Assembly (NCBI GenBank): GCA_051362555.1
Contig: CM120640.1
Span: forward strand, 36,413,967-36,477,966
Direction: 5' to 3'
DNA: 64,000 nt
Source: Lingula anatina
Taxonomy: Eukaryota > Animalia > Brachiopoda
Shown here: in pieces, positions 11,063 to 25,600 of the stretch
Position numbering within the stretch: position 1 is the first letter of the stretch
Layout of the letters: every line of letters begins with the position of its first letter
Notes under the pieces: model-generated
Databases searched by the model: none
The model's input: the letters and a program-made list of their open reading frames with translations, nothing else
What the model was told of the DNA's origin: nothing
Made by a program: the position numbers and the translations under genes

Positions 11063-14000
11063 GTGGAGAACAGTAGCAAAATACACCTAAGGCTCAACCG
11101 ACTCATTCATACTACTGGTCAAAGTCGCAACTAACGCACTGTCATTTCTATAGACAACTATAATACAGCTCTATAATAATCTAGAAATGTCGCGCACACA
11201 ACACTCACTTGTAAGTCAGCCTCTTCCCAGGTACTTTCTGAATGATATCCATCTTGTAGTAGTAACGTAGAGCTCTGGACAGTTTCTCGTAAGTCATATT
11301 AGTCCTGTTCTTCTGTATGCCCCAGAGTTGCGCGAGGGCGGTCGGGTTGACAATGCGAAATACCAGCTGGTCGTAGTCCTCCCAGCGGATGTACGCAGAA
11401 TACGTGTTGTCCATCAAAAGGCGGCTGATAAACTCCCAAAGAAGGCGGAATTCTAGAAAGAAACCATAATACTCGATAAATATGTCGCCTTCTTTACTCA
11501 TTTATCTGTTCAATAATCTTTATTTCTTTTCAAATATCATATGTAGGATAACGTAGGAGTTTTGTTGGATAATCTAAATGCTAGGGCATATTTTTTTTAA
11601 AAAGAGAGATGTAACCACAACTTATTTTAAATATTATTCAATTAAACCATTGTAATGTCAAAAAGACCAATCAATTTGTATAACAAGGCATGATGCATAA
11701 TTCATTAAATTTCCCAACAAAAAAAAATCCACAACAATTAGTGAGATGTGTCATGATGCGACAAACCAACCAGGAACAGCGTCGTCTGTCACACGTACAA
11801 TATACGGTCACTAGTCACACACATATCAAGAAATGCGTGAGCGTGAAGGAAAGCTTTATCAGTAATATATTGCCCTCTCTACCGTGATAATATACAACGC
11901 GGTGACACGTTATCAGCACGCTAACCACAAAATGGCTGTTTTTCCGCCTCGTCTGGAAACGGACATAACAAAATGGCATCTATTTCATGGTCGCGCGTTC
12001 AGCGAAATATATTCTATCATAAAAAGTGACTAGACTAGTTAGCGACGGGTGGACTCACGTAAGCTTTCATGCGGTCCCTGCACGAAGAGATATCGCACTA
12101 ATCAAAATGTTTCATAAAGTCTTCCTTTTGCACGCCCATTAATTTAGACTATTATCGCACAATTTCCCCTCTTTCACACGTTATTAAGCAAGTTTAATTT
12201 CATGCAAATTTTTCTAATGCGATGGAAGGCTGCATTTGTCTGATATAATGATAATAAACCATTTATCTCTCTGCGGCCCGCTGCGGCATTTCCGCATATG
12301 AATACGACGTCTAGTATTAGACAGGACACATCCCTATAATTGTGTCTCTCAGAATGATATGTTGCCCCTCAGCTGATCTTTTACTTACTGCCATAACCAG
12401 AAAATCCTTTTACAACCTTTTCATGGCAACTAACATAATAAATTCTTCTGACATATATAAAAAAATTAATGTTTTTGCTTACCAGAACCGCGTCCAGGGT
12501 TCGTCTCTTGGTTGCTTATGGTGAAATTTGTCCTTGGAGCAGGGAATCCCGGAGTGGTGGATTTAAATACTTTTGAGGTCTGAGAACTGTAGTCTTGTGG
12601 CTTTTCGTCTGAAATAAAACGATACTCACTGTCATACAATATCTGCTACATGTAACAAAATCTGTATGCCAGGTCATAAGTTTTCTTTGTCAACGTTTCT
12701 CTTGTTTTTTTTTTTTTTTTTTTTCTTATCATTATTGTGTAATTGAATCATTGGGTAGGGGTGAAAAAAACAGTGAAATGTCAATTGATTCGAAGACTAT
12801 GAACTACAGTTGTCAATTTACCTTCGTGTTCCAGTAAAGGAGCGTGAGGAGAACCTCTCTCTGACGCATGCGCACACTCGGAGTCTGTACTGGGAGCCGG
12901 ACTGAGGACAGCTTCTAAGAGATAATATTTCAAATATAAACACCCATCCATAATATAAACCTGTATTTTTAAAATAACATAGTTAAATATAAATTTGTCT
13001 GCACGCTTTTCAATGCTCAGACAGATGACTTCATTTTTACCCAAGGTCGCATATTTTGCGGTTACAGACAGTTTCCTTAGACCATCCATTCTTACGTCAC
13101 CCTGAGCTTTCTATTTTTGTGGACATACATGTTTATATTCATATCTCACCCCCCCTGTATAACCAATACAACGGTGCTTATATAACTAACAATACTGCAT
13201 TGGATCCTTTACCTCGGGTTCTCCCTGTTAAAAATCATTACGAAAAAAAACATACCAGGTACAGAAATCTGGAATTTTCTGTCTCCTCCGAGTGGCATTT
13301 GTAGTGTTTCTGGCCGATGCACCACAGGGGTGGGACGGTGAAGAGTGTGCAACATGGATGGTGACACAGAGTTAGGTGCATGGGGACTACTACGAAAGGC
13401 TGATGAAGGGGAAAGCGTAGGAGAAAGTCTGTGCTCTGAAAATTTTGAAAAAGAATGTTTTGTTGATAAACGATACGACAAATGTTCACAGAGGTGCAAT
13501 CACGTACAGCTGAAGCTCTCCCCAGACAAAGACCGAGGTAGAACCCGGGTTGAAAAAGAAGACGTTACAACATGTACATGGCAAATGTGATGCAACGCAT
13601 TGATTAAAGAGAGTTTGTCGTTTGTATTTAATATCAAGAGAGTGATGAAGAAACAGAACTAAAGTTTGCCATTTTGTACACTTAAGTTTCGTACCATCAT
13701 GCATATGTTGGGCCGGCGGGCTCCCTGTGGACGCGCTGGCGTGGGGAGGCGGTGAGGCGTTGAAAAACCCGAACGTTGGAATCAATGGAGACCGCATGGC
13801 TTGTGGAACTGAAAAAATGATTTCATCTATGTGTTATAAGTGGTTTCCTACGTCCACATCGACCACATTCCAAACACGCACGCATGCACGCACACACGCA
13901 CACATACAAGCACACGTGCACGCACGTGCACATATACACAATCATACATATATGGACAGATAAGAAAATATTTTGGCGGTGATATAATCTGTGATGCAAA

Positions 14001-17000
14001 AATTCTACAAATTGAAATCAATTTTGCCAATCATAAATTATCTATGCAGTTTTATTCAAAAGTGTTCACTCTGTGTAAAATGCTTTTTTTTTTTTTTTTT
14101 GGCAAATAACCTTCCCCAGCTAAGTGAAATAAATAGGCGGAGATGATTTGAGGACAGGCATACCAGGATGAGGAAGTAAATAAATCTTCCAAGATGATTG
14201 GTTAGCGGGTATTGTGTGTTTGTTCGTCTGTTGCTCGTACCTTAGGTTGACCTTTTATCAAACCAAAGACTTTGTGAACATGATAAGCCTTCAGCATGGT
14301 TAGTTTAACATGCAAAAAGTGTAATTGGTGGCCTCGCCGAAAAATACAAAAGAGGAACAAAAGACACACTTTTAATTCCGTCTTTCCACATGCCCTTAAA
14401 ATTGATTGTTTGTAAAATGATTACCAAATATTAATCGTGTCATGTAGTCCTAAGTAATGATTTGTTTTTTAGCTGAAAATGTCGCCATATTTGCACGCCT
14501 TGATTTATCCCTGCTATCGTATTTTAGTAACATTAGTATATTCAGAGATAAGTGGTGGCCGGCTGAAGCTGAACATACTGACAGAATATTCCTTGATGCA
14601 TTTCCACAAAATAAGTGCCAAGCATATCAATGAGCAGTTGAAATATTTTGCCTTAATGGAAACCCCACGAATATCGACATTTCTTCTATCAATCTTTATT
14701 TCTCCACCTGTGAATTTCGTGAATTCGTAAATTTAGATGCCCATCGCGCAAATATTTTAACTTTTTGGGTTCGAACCGAGGGTTGTCATCAAACACAATT
14801 CGACCTTAAATGCACTTCCTGGTTGCAGTAGATCAATTTAGTAGGCTGATTTAGATATTGCACCAGTTGATGGGCAGTTTTTGATAAGTTTAGCCCTATG
14901 GTATTTCTTCATCGACCAAGCCATTGAATTGTTGTTATATTTCTTTCATATCCTCTTTTATTTTTTACTCTGATAATGCTAGATAAAGTACATATATAAT
15001 TGATGGGACAAGAGGAAATGATATACCAGTATTGTTGATTTTTCTGGCTGGAGAGTAGGCGCATCTCAGTAGTAAATGTCACGATGTTTTCGTAAAGCAA
15101 AATTGATGAAGCACTTCATGAATATGAGGATACACAAAGGTGTTTACCTTATTTTCAGGATAACGATATGAGGAAGAAGAAACAGTCGGCTGTGTTGTAA
15201 AAAAGGCATCAATTATGCTTACATATGTATTGAGCGTAAAACCAAAAATATTTCTATCTAGAAAACGGTATTTGACCGAGAATGTTAATTGGGCGTGTAC
15301 AGAAAAGATTAAACATGGGGTGGGCGAATAACCGACACAATGAAATGCTAAAAATAAATAAATGGCAGCTGGATTTCGCAATAAGCATACTTTTTTCTTT
15401 CTTTAAAGACAGCATAACTGTCTAAATAAAAGAATATGTTTAATATACGTGGGCAAATTTCCATGACGCAGAAGACGAATTTCTATGGGGCATCTGTATT
15501 TATCAAATATCTCATTACAGTTCTGTCTGCATGTTTACGGCATATCTATTTAAAGTTCTAAACCACCATCTTGGATTTCGGGTCTTCTAATTTACTGTGG
15601 AAATTGGAATTTTAAAAGCAACGGTAGGCTATTTCTTATTATTGATTCGTCATTTCTATCTTTGCATCGCAGGATGTTTACACGTCAATCTTTTATTACC
15701 GGTAAATATCAAGACCTGGTCCTGGGAAAGGGTAACTAAAACTGCTACGTGACGAAGTTCACCCTTTTCCTTCTACTATAAAGATATGTTAACCCCTGAC
15801 TATGCATTTCATACAATGAAATAGAATTATTGAAATGCTTGTGAGTCACAGCAAGGTCAGGTTTAACAGGTAAAAGGAAGATAGGTTAAAAGAAGCAATA
15901 AATAAACCACTTGGCCTTCCCACGTAACAGGTCCGGGATATAATGTCAATGCAGGTTATAAAAATGGAAATGACGAAGAATAAGGGTGTAGTCCAGAAGG
16001 AACAGTGATATAGAATAACAAAAGTAATACGCAATTCAGCATTTATACATATCCCCAATAGCGGATGTGATGACGGGAAATGTTTTGAAACCCTGTGTTG
16101 ATCTTTCTTTCATATTTATATAGAACTTAAGATCTATTACAACTTACTGTTGCATTTTTCTGTCATTTTCTGAAGGGTATTATACAGTATGTCACCGGCG
16201 TTAGGGACACGTTCTATGAAGTCCTCCTTTTTGAGCATCGTCAGAGCTTTACCTGGAAAAAATTAAAACATTTTGTATAAAATCATGAAAACTGTATTGG
16301 CTTTTACGACAAATACGTAGACAAACAGGGAAATATTAGAAGTTAATCATCTTGAGCACGAAACTTTTCAAGACAGTATTGTCTAAAAAAAAAAAGATGA
16401 GATTACAAAATACCACTTAGGCAATGAAAACGGCATTTGTAAACAACCGAAGTCAACAGTGCAGTGACAATGTGAAACAGATTTGAGTCAATTGTCGAGC
16501 AAGTAGAAAATTAATCGACGTATAGGGCATTTTCAAATTGTCTTTGTATCTATACTAATTTGACTTCATCCAAGTGAAGGAATCGTCTGTTACAATCGTC
16601 TGGTCTTCATTTTTTCAAAAGTCACACACGCGAACGTACTTAAACACAGCACACGATGCACTGAGAGGTATTGGCTTAAATGCACTATGTACTTATCGTC
16701 TTCAACATAAGCAGACTCGAAAATCAGGCGTATTAACATTTCAAACAGGAAAGAAACGTTACAGTTAATCTTATTGCCAGGAATCGAAGCAACAGAAAGC
16801 TCTGACCGGAATCGATCGATATAGGATTTATTAATCTTAATAGCCCCTATGACGCTCGTACACATATCCTTGGGAATCGAGAAACGAGAAAAACAACAAC
16901 AAAAAATAACGCAAAACAAATGCGGTATGACGTTAGCGTCTCGAATAGAGTGCGAAACCAATCGTATTGAAACTTTCTTTCTTCCAATTAAAACGCTGCT

Positions 17001-19023
17001 GCTAATTTCCTCTTTCTGGCTTTAACTCTTAAAACCTTATTATTAATCTCCGACTGTTCTAATTTCCTTGCGTTGAGCGCCACGGATGCTAGTTCGTGTA
17101 TTTTTAGGGTTTCTAATTGAGTCTCGCTCTGATCGTAGGCTTCAGGGAGACACAAGATGGAAGAGTGACGTCACAGCTCTTCCTGTCATTAGATCCACAT
17201 CTTTGAACTGGGTGTCAGTCTGTGCGAAGTGGGCCGAATGCGGCTTCCTTCCAAACGCACCGTCTTTTCGTCTGATCATGTTCATAGGCTTCTTTGTGCA
17301 GCAACTGGAATTTGGCCTCGATTATTCTGTACCGGAATGAAGTTTTTTTCCCAGGCAATACCGTCACCCATGATTTCAAAGTCTGCGACTTTCATTGCAT
17401 ATTTTGCGGCAAAATGTTGTTATTTTTTGTTAACTAGTATTTTCTAACCTTTTTTAATGGTTGACAAGATACACGTAAACAAAATGCTATATTAATGTTA
17501 AATAGCACCTGAAGCATTATAGGTAAAAGCAGCAAGTAAAAAAGGCACCATTGTAACACCTTTCTGTCAAACATGAAGCACAAAACGCCTAGACAGCAAT
17601 TCTCCTTGCTTATTGAGAAGAGGCTATTGTATTTCTTCAGAAAATCTCCTAATTATTTGATACTTAATTGACATTTGACCATACTTCATACATTTAAACT
17701 ACTGATAGAATATTTTCAAAGACAGGCCATTTATTATCAGTTCTAATCAAGAACGACCATGGAAAACAACACGCGATGCTGTAGTTGTACATATATTGAT
17801 AACTTTTTTCTGTTCCGTATTATATAATAAAATCAGACAAAGCAAATTTTACTAGTTTGATGCAATGATCTATTGGTAAAAACAGTAACAGATGTTCGCT
17901 GATATAAGTCTATCAAGTTCTTATTACGAGCATATATCTGTGTCTATTTACATATTATACACGTGTATCCTCACTCAACTGCTTAATAAATGCTCGTTAC
18001 CCCCCCCCCCCCACCCCCACCACCACCACCACTACCACTACCACTACCACTACCACTGCTCCATCCCCTTAAAAGACGTACGAATATTAGGATTGTAAAA
18101 AGGTCGAATATCTAAGGCGGGTTCTTTTAATTCATTGTAATGAACGCTATTCAACCGTGTGTTGATTACTTCCGCGGGCTGATTGCCAAAAATGACACTG
18201 CATAATTTCTATTGGCAAAGCCAGAAGAGGAAAAGCTTTTTTTAAACTTCCTTCTTGATTTCCACGAAATAGGCTGGCTCACCTTGTTCAAGATCAATGG
18301 AGTCTTGAATAACATGACTGGCAAATTTCAACATATTTCTATCAACATATTCTATCTGTATTAATACGGGTCTTTAAATAATCTATTAATTTTTGGTCTT
18401 TTTCATACTTTAACTGCAGTGAGTGGTATGTTGAGGACACTTAACTAACTCTTTTGATACGAAAAGCTAGTTAATTGGCATGTTGTGATTTACCTTTTTT
18501 TTTTTTTTTTTTTTTAGTTGCAGCTATGTTTTGAGGATGTTTTACCAACTCCATTTTCTTACCGTCAAAATCAATTAACGCAAAAACTCTTAGCTGACGT
18601 AAAGGGGAGAGTAAAACCGTGTCATTCTTATCTCAACTGATAAAGCAGCGCATAAAGTGAAAAAATGTCTACAATGTGGTGTGTTTCCAACGTGGTGGAA
18701 GGAGACAAAGGGATGAAAAACGGTATGTAACATATGCAGCTCACCACACTGCAAGATAAGGTTTAACCGTTTAATACAACGCCAGATCTTGTCGACCTTT
18801 TTGCATTCTCACGATAAGCGATGCAAATTAGGGAGAGATGAATCTTAGTCTCTTACTGGGTAATTATCTATCTGCGGTAAAATACCACCTTCCTCTTAAG
18901 CTAAACGTAGCTTTGATTTCCACATTCAAACCATATCTAGTGGTTCTATTGTTTATAGATTTTTAATTCTTAAAGATTTTGGCTAGAACAATTAAATTTC
19001 CTTAAAATTAGATTTGTCTATTC

Positions 19024-19065
<42 letters not shown>

Positions 19066-19550
19066 ATAATAAAATATAATTAATATAACATAATCTTAAT
19101 AAGTAAAAATTAGTTCTTACCATTCATACTGAACTTGTCTACTGGAATGTCACTTAAGGAATATTCGTTCACGCACCATTTCAGCCATAGCTGAACGTCT
19201 TCTTTGGACCAGTAATATGGGTGGCTGGCTGAAAGAAAACGACAGCGGTTTAACTTCCGATATCATCCAACTTCTACTGAGGTTTTGGTATAAATTTATT
19301 TTTCAGATATAAAATGCATATCCCAATAAGTTTAAATAAACTGTCATAAAAATAATAATGATTAACGAGGAAAATATTTTAAAAAAATGAAAAGATATCT
19401 TTTTTTCAATTGTGCTAATTCCTTCAGGAAATATTTACCCAATACAGGGCTGCCGGTCGGAGACATCGGGGGACGCGAGCCGCTGGTGTGGAAGGACATC
19501 GCTTGCCAGGGATTAAATAATACTGCGCCTTGAGACTGGAGACTAAACAT
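10474..19550 (-). CDS. ETV6: ETV6/ETV7 (Tel)-like ETS transcription factor, PNT/SAM + ETS, ~501 aa
   Basis: Nine GT-AG, in-phase exons: 19550-19439, 19228-19121, 16252-16148, 13808-13695, 13435-13256, 12914-12822, 12608-12483, 11452-11209, 10897-10474 (1506 nt total). PNT domain: [23 protein letters not shown]...[31 protein letters not shown] domain: [24 protein letters not shown]...[37 protein letters not shown], closest to the ETV6/7 type. An upstream mini-exon (ATG ACT CGC|gtaagt, 19669-19661) could add MTR. Confidence 0.92.
11021..11062. repeat. (TTA)n microsatellite in the last ETV6 intron
   Basis: Read directly from the sequence. Confidence 0.9.
18001..18057. repeat. poly-C / (CAC)n / (CACTAC)n low-complexity tract
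   Basis: Read directly from the sequence. Confidence 0.85.
19030..19063. repeat. (CT)n microsatellite
   Basis: Read directly from the sequence. Confidence 0.9.
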
Positions 19551-20874
19551 CTGAAAAAAAAAAGAAATATTATATAAAATTTGCCCTCTCTATCTTTCTT
19601 ATGTACCCAAATAAACAATTTTAAGACATCGATATCACATTCATTTGGTAAACAACTTACGCGAGTCATGTAATGTACTCTCCCTCTAAAGTGCGAAAAG
19701 TGAAATGTCGAAGGGGGAGTTGTTCATGTACTAACTCGGATGTCAGTCATTTTACGCCACGCCCCTACCGGATAAACGCATTGAAATAGAGCGCTGCGGA
19801 AGACCAGGAAGGCAGCTATACGTGCTATGTTATTGCAGTATAGGAAGTGAGTGCTCTCTGTGTTGAGGATAATCGTCCGTTTTTCCGATATTTTGTCGTC
19901 ACATAAAGTATTTTCCTTTAAGATTTTAGGCATACTGTAACCTATACTTTATACGCGGCTGATATACAATGTGCCTTATGCCTCCCACTGGGCTCGTCGC
20001 ACACTCATAACACATTTAAAGCTTACCCAGCCGGGGCTCTCTCAAAGAAACAAGTGCACATAGTCAGTTCTCTCTCCATAACACGATCTTTCAAACTGCT
20101 CACAGAGATTTTCAAGTTCAATTGCCTTGAACTTTCATTGAAAAGAATAAAACGATTCATCATTGTAAGCCTGCTAACATCAACAATGTGACAAAGTGTA
20201 GGATTTCAAACACACGGCAAGTCCATAAACTACTACTTGTTGGACTTATCTGAGGGCAAGTTATACTTTTTGATTTTATTTTGACAGTGTTACAGCGCGC
20301 GTAATCCGAAAGTATCTTAAATTGATCTTGAAGTATGGCGGGATTTTAAATTTTGGGTAAAGGTAAGGATTCTGTGATTACCCAAAATTGTTGCAGAGAT
20401 ATGATGAGAGTCAGAAAAGAGGGATCAAAGAATTCGGTTGGGTTAGACGTACCAGACTTTCTGAGAAACCAAAAGTAACACGAGAATACCACAGAGCGCG
20501 CTTAGGGTCTAAATCTCCCTTGTAGAGGGTACATATAGGTACTGGTACCACCGTGCGTATGCGTGTCCCTTTATTCCATTGATTAGTTCGAGATTACGTA
20601 AATAAGGAAGAAAAACAACACTTCCGTCCTATAGGAAGGTTCCTTACATAAATTCAAAGAATAGAGGGTTGCGTAAATGAGGGCTGGAAATACAGCTAAT
20701 GGCACGTCAGCAACAAATTGAATAAATCATTACATTTGTAACCGCTTGCAAAGTAGTGCAATTCTTCCACTAATAGACAACCTTTCGAAAACTCAAATTA
20801 CCGTCTAGAACTTTGCTTCATAGCTTGTTACAGACGTAAATAGGAGTGCGCCTGACGATAGAAGACTACCTCAC

Positions 20875-20888
20875 GTTGTCATGGCAAC
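20875..20888. promoter_or_regulatory. RFX X-box motif GTTGTCATGGCAAC
   Basis: 13/14 match to the palindromic consensus GTTGCCATGGCAAC, ~1.2 kb upstream of the ETV6-like CDS. Function untested. Confidence 0.4.
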
Positions 20889-21252
20889 CAACTTATCTGA
20901 CCGGGACTTACGAGAGATCATAGGGTTTGAGGAAATCCTGACGATCATTTCCTCAAGAAGCGTGAAGTACCAACGTCAACAGCTTCAATAATTCCAGGAG
21001 GCTTAGTTGTCAGACGATCGATTGACGCGAGGAAACTATAATGAGTTTTGCGTTAAAAGAAGGCCTCCGCTCTGCTCAGCGAAAACATCCGGATTATATA
21101 TACACAGGGTTGGCACGAAGCATGCGGATGATAATCATACAGAGAGGCAGAAATGAAAAGATAACAAGCACGCGCAAGAGGAGGGGGGTATATTTACGTA
21201 TTGCATCACTATTTCAAGCCGAAGATAAAAAAAAAAAAGAAACAGCAGTACA

Positions 21253-21498
21253 AGGGCTCATTCCCATTGAAGCTATCGGTCTCCGTAGATCGATCCAAGT
21301 CCGGGGGGGACTCTCGCTGAGTGCACTCAGTGAAACAGATTAACACGTCTCCTCTAGATTCCAATGTACCCGTATAATCATCAATTTTTCTGTATTCTAC
21401 TCAACGCCAGGGGGAGGCGTGTTAATCTATTCAACTGATTGGCCCCGCGGAGTTGGATTGATCTATGTAGACCGACAGATTCAATGGAAATGAGCCCT
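21253..21498. mobile_element. 246-bp hairpin/MITE-like element with ~95-bp imperfect inverted arms
   Basis: Left arm agggctcattcccattgaagctatcggtctccgtagatcgatcc... versus right-arm reverse complement agggctcatttccattgaatctgtcggtctacatagatcaatcc.... A third partial copy lies at 31256-31335. Confidence 0.7.
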
Positions 21499-23998
21499 GA
21501 GATACATGTACCTAGCATAGCCTTCGAGGCCTTACTTATTAGTAGTGCACATCTAACTGTGGTTTGGGATTGAATAACTGACCAAATGGTGTCTTTTTGA
21601 ATAGGCATCTTTGCAAGTCCGTAGCCAGGAATAAGGGGGGGGGGGCGTATGGGGGGGTGCTGAATGAACCCCTCCCCCCCCCCCCTTTTGTCCGGAAAAG
21701 GTAAGCTCTGAGTCAAATTTGATCTAGCTTTTCTAAGAAAAAGAACCCCTCTTTGAAAAAATAACCCCTCTTTCTCAGAAAATAATTCTTTGGAATTGCT
21801 GGATATAGGAGTGTCTGTGATAAAACAGCTGCCCATAGATATTTGTCTCAAACGTTTCCAAAGTGCGTGAGCCTTGTGCCACGCCATTCTCTTTAAATTT
21901 TTATTTTGCCTTAGAAGAAACAGTGCTTTATCCTTTATCTATTTATCAGAGAGGAATTGCTGTATTTGTAAGTCGATATCATAAGTCCTTTTGCTCCGAA
22001 GTGAAACGCACTATTAGTTCCTCGAATCAGTTTACAATAATGTGACGTACCACGAAATCAACAGCTATGAGGTCGAGTGCAGTAATCGATGAAAGTTATA
22101 AGTTAATATTTGCTCCCATTCAGATATAATTTGGATAAAAAGTTACAAAGCGAAGGTCTGAATGAATTATGTTATCAGACAATTAACCGGTAAGTTATTT
22201 ATGTGAGACCTAGGTCCCCTGACAAAGCATCGAGGGTTTTTGATTTGGTTGGAGCTAGGCTACGGGGAGGTGACACACTGCAAAGATAAACTCTGAGCTT
22301 GCTTAATTAATTTCTTTGTCAAACCTTAACCGGTCTGGGTGGAACTTTATCAACGCCCTTTGAGGCTGAGGGCATCGGATAAAAAACTTAAACGATATGT
22401 TTTTTTTTTCGATATTGTTATGGAATACTCTTTGAGCACAGGGTAGCTAGTAGTCTGTACAAATTTATTTTATCGCCTGTACTTACATTTTGTACACTAT
22501 TTTAGAGCCCCCTAATACCAGAGGGGAGCAACCGATGCATGAAGATTAGTACCTTAGTTACGTTTTACAAGATATCCCAAATTGTATTATTCGTTTCAAT
22601 TGCTGACGAGAAGAGCCGATCGGTTTACACTAGTTACCACTAGACTTGTACCATTATATAAAACCTTCTATTGCGGTAAACATGACTATTCAGTTATAGA
22701 TGCAATTATTGATCAGAAGGAAATTGGAATGACACCCGGAAACTTGTATTTAGAAACATCCTTAGGTGTAATAACGCGGAAATACACTGTGCATTTGTAG
22801 CACCAATATACTTTTACGTGGGATATGTAATCATAAGCTTAATTGATTCTCTTGCCCCGTCGTTTTCTGCATATTTCCAATCTTGCCATCATATACCTTA
22901 GGATTGACGCATTCAGTGGCTAATTTGTCAATCTAAAACGCCATTGAGAGAGTAACCTATTTGATAATATATAGATACAGCTTATATCTGATATTGTATC
23001 GCTTTGGTAATCCACTTACATTGCGAGTTTACATAGAATAAATGAATTAATAAATGTGTTTGAATAAATGAATAATTTAGATAAACGTACTTTTCTGTAA
23101 ACGTGGAGTTAAATCAGAGTAAAAACGCCAAAAAGGGAGCGAAAACATTTTCATATAAAGCCTGCGAACCACATTGTACCAAGTATTTACAAAACACTTA
23201 ACTTTGGTCGAAGAACAATAGATGAAACGTTTGTCATTATCATGAAGTACAAGAGAACGAAACCCTGACTGCATTAGCTCCTTACCTCATTAATGTTCTT
23301 GCTAGAAGAGATCTAGAAGACAACGCTGCATATACTGACAGTAACTTAGGCTCAGTCAAATATCTACGTTATTTTATGAGTAGTCATGATATAGAATAGC
23401 TAAATATTTAATAGCATACTTATTTACATTTCATTTCTATTGTAAATTTTCATCTATATCCATGTAGATGTACACGCTGCAATGAATAAAGCATACGATA
23501 AATATATAGCTCTCGACTTACTTTTCGTGATAATCGTCAGGTCTTTCTCATTAGAGACAATAAAAGTCATTTTGCATCATTTAATGCCATTATAGGGATT
23601 TAAGTAAAGTTGAAATTTGAAATAAGGCTATACTGGTGGCGAAAGTGTGAGTGCACGGATGATTACGTCATTCCTGCGTCTTTCACATAGATTAAGACAA
23701 TCCGTGATGCTATCTGTTTATTGACCTATCACGACACCACGGACGTCACAGACGGGTCCCTTGGGGTTATTAGAGCGTGATCAGAGGAGGCGGACTACTT
23801 AAAAAGCAATTTTTTTCTTAACATTAAACGTTATGTTTAGTGCAAATAGCTTAGTTTATATTCTTTGACGCGCATTTGAGGTCACACATTACCTTTCCAT
23901 TAAGTATTTATTCCGTGCGGGTCTTTTTAAGGTGAATTGAATACATGTAAAAATTTAATAAATAAGCAAATAAATAAATAAATAAACAAAGACAGCAT

Positions 23999-24002
<4 letters not shown>

Positions 24003-24037
<35 letters not shown>
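24003..24037. repeat. (CT)n microsatellite
   Basis: Read directly from the sequence. Confidence 0.9.
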
Positions 24038-24040
<3 letters not shown>

Positions 24041-24471
24041 AAATAAATTACCCTTCTTGAATCAGAGTTCCAGAGTAAGTGGGTTACTCATCGTTACTTA
24101 AGTCTTTAACGCCTCTATTACAAACACTTCTCCGAGGAAATATATAAGCACTTCCGAGGCGTGTTGCCAGTTTGGCAGTTGCCATACATCAAACACACAC
24201 AATATGACAGCATTCTCTGCAAAGTATACTTCCACAGCTTTCTACGTCACTTAATTACTCATTAACACATTTGTACAGTTTTTTATGTAACACCTTCATT
24301 GTTTCCAATAACATTATTCTTTAGGAAACTTCCGATTTCTAGGAAACATTTAGGTTGGGGTATCGTTAGGGTCTACCATTACTGAACCACATGACCGCAT
24401 GAAAGATATTGTCTACTTGATGGAAATTGAATCAATTTCACAATACAGCTTATATCTGAATGCAAATATCA

Positions 24472-24473
<2 letters not shown>

Positions 24474-24523
<50 letters not shown>
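24474..24523. repeat. (TA)n microsatellite
   Basis: Read directly from the sequence. Confidence 0.9.
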
Positions 24524-24526
<3 letters not shown>

Positions 24527-25090
24527 CAGAATGTATCGTACATCTGGGTGATATATTATTCAAAAATAGCTAGGTTTGTATGATGCATCCTTTCGGTTTG
24601 ACTGTAGCACGTGGTTTGTTTGGCGCACCTCTTTACCAAGGTCCTACGTGATCTCTGTAGAGTGTCTATACCAGTGTAAATAAGTAACGCCCCCTCCCCA
24701 TCTTTCCTTATGCACCGATATGCTTAGACTGCCTGGAACAAACAGGTATCACCACCGTTCATCACGGACACGGAGTAATATATATCCACACACCAAACCA
24801 CGAATATTTCCGTGTATTCATATATTTCTAGTACATGCCTGGATACACGTAATTGTTTTAGGAGCCCTCGCCGATTGTTATTTGGCTCATGACCATGAGT
24901 CGTGTAGCCTACCAGGCCTACATGCAGCTCACATATACTGGTTAATCATCATCTTCCACTTAATCAAGGTTAACATTTACTCCATCAATTACGATAAATA
25001 TTAACCAATATCAAAGCAACAACAGTTATAATCATGATCCACCGGACTTCAAGGTATTAGTTATATATGTATATATGAAATTTATCTCAC

Positions 25091-25600
25091 CTTAGTTGGC
25101 TGGTTGAAGTTACGTCGCACTGTCCGAAATTAAACACAGCTTGCTAAATATCTGGGTGGTAGTCGTGACGGCTACCCAACCGTGATTACTGACAGAGCTT
25201 ATCCCTAACTGTTATTTCCTTTGGTTTGGATTCTTTAAGCACTGTTTACAAGCGGAAGATAAACAAGGTAGCTGAAATGAGGAACAGCGTCTAAAATCTG
25301 TCAAAAACTCCTAATGCCCAAGTAAGTTTATCTATATTTTGTTCTTAGAAAATCATCTAGAACCTCTTCCCGGAATTGCCGTATTTGGCAGTAACGTGAC
25401 CTAAGATATGGAAGTGGGAACGTCGGAAGTAAACAAGACTGATAGGTTGCGAGAGCCCCAACAATACGAACGTCATACGGGTCGTGCATTCGTCAGAACG
25501 TTAAATCAGGACTCCGTTCGCTATTGATTCTTTCGCCACGGCCACCACATTTCAACTTCCGCTGCAGGCCATTAACCTTTTCCCCTAACCTTTTCGGAAA
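25091..25600 (-). promoter_or_regulatory. Candidate alternative promoter/non-coding first exon of the ETV6-like gene, with an ETS and STAT (GAS) motif cluster
   Basis: Minus-strand donor ctaag|gtgaga at 25091. GAS motifs TTCTTAGAA (25342-25350) and TTCCCGGAA (25367-25375). Several GGAA cores: 25251-25260, 25408-25416, CGGAAGT 25424-25430, ACTTCCG 25555-25561. Confidence 0.35.

Noticed and set aside
17040-17400. GC-richer intronic block in the ETV6-like gene as an extra coding exon
   Set aside because: The minus-strand frame I translated hits a stop, and the flanking PNT exons already join in phase. It may be regulatory.
21381-21887. 168-aa minus-strand ORF
   Set aside because: It runs through repeat/MITE and poly-G/C sequence, with no recognisable protein motifs or splice context.
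21618-22266. ccgtagcc ... ggctacgg as TIRs of a 650-bp MITE
   Set aside because: Only an 8-bp inverted match, with no TSD.
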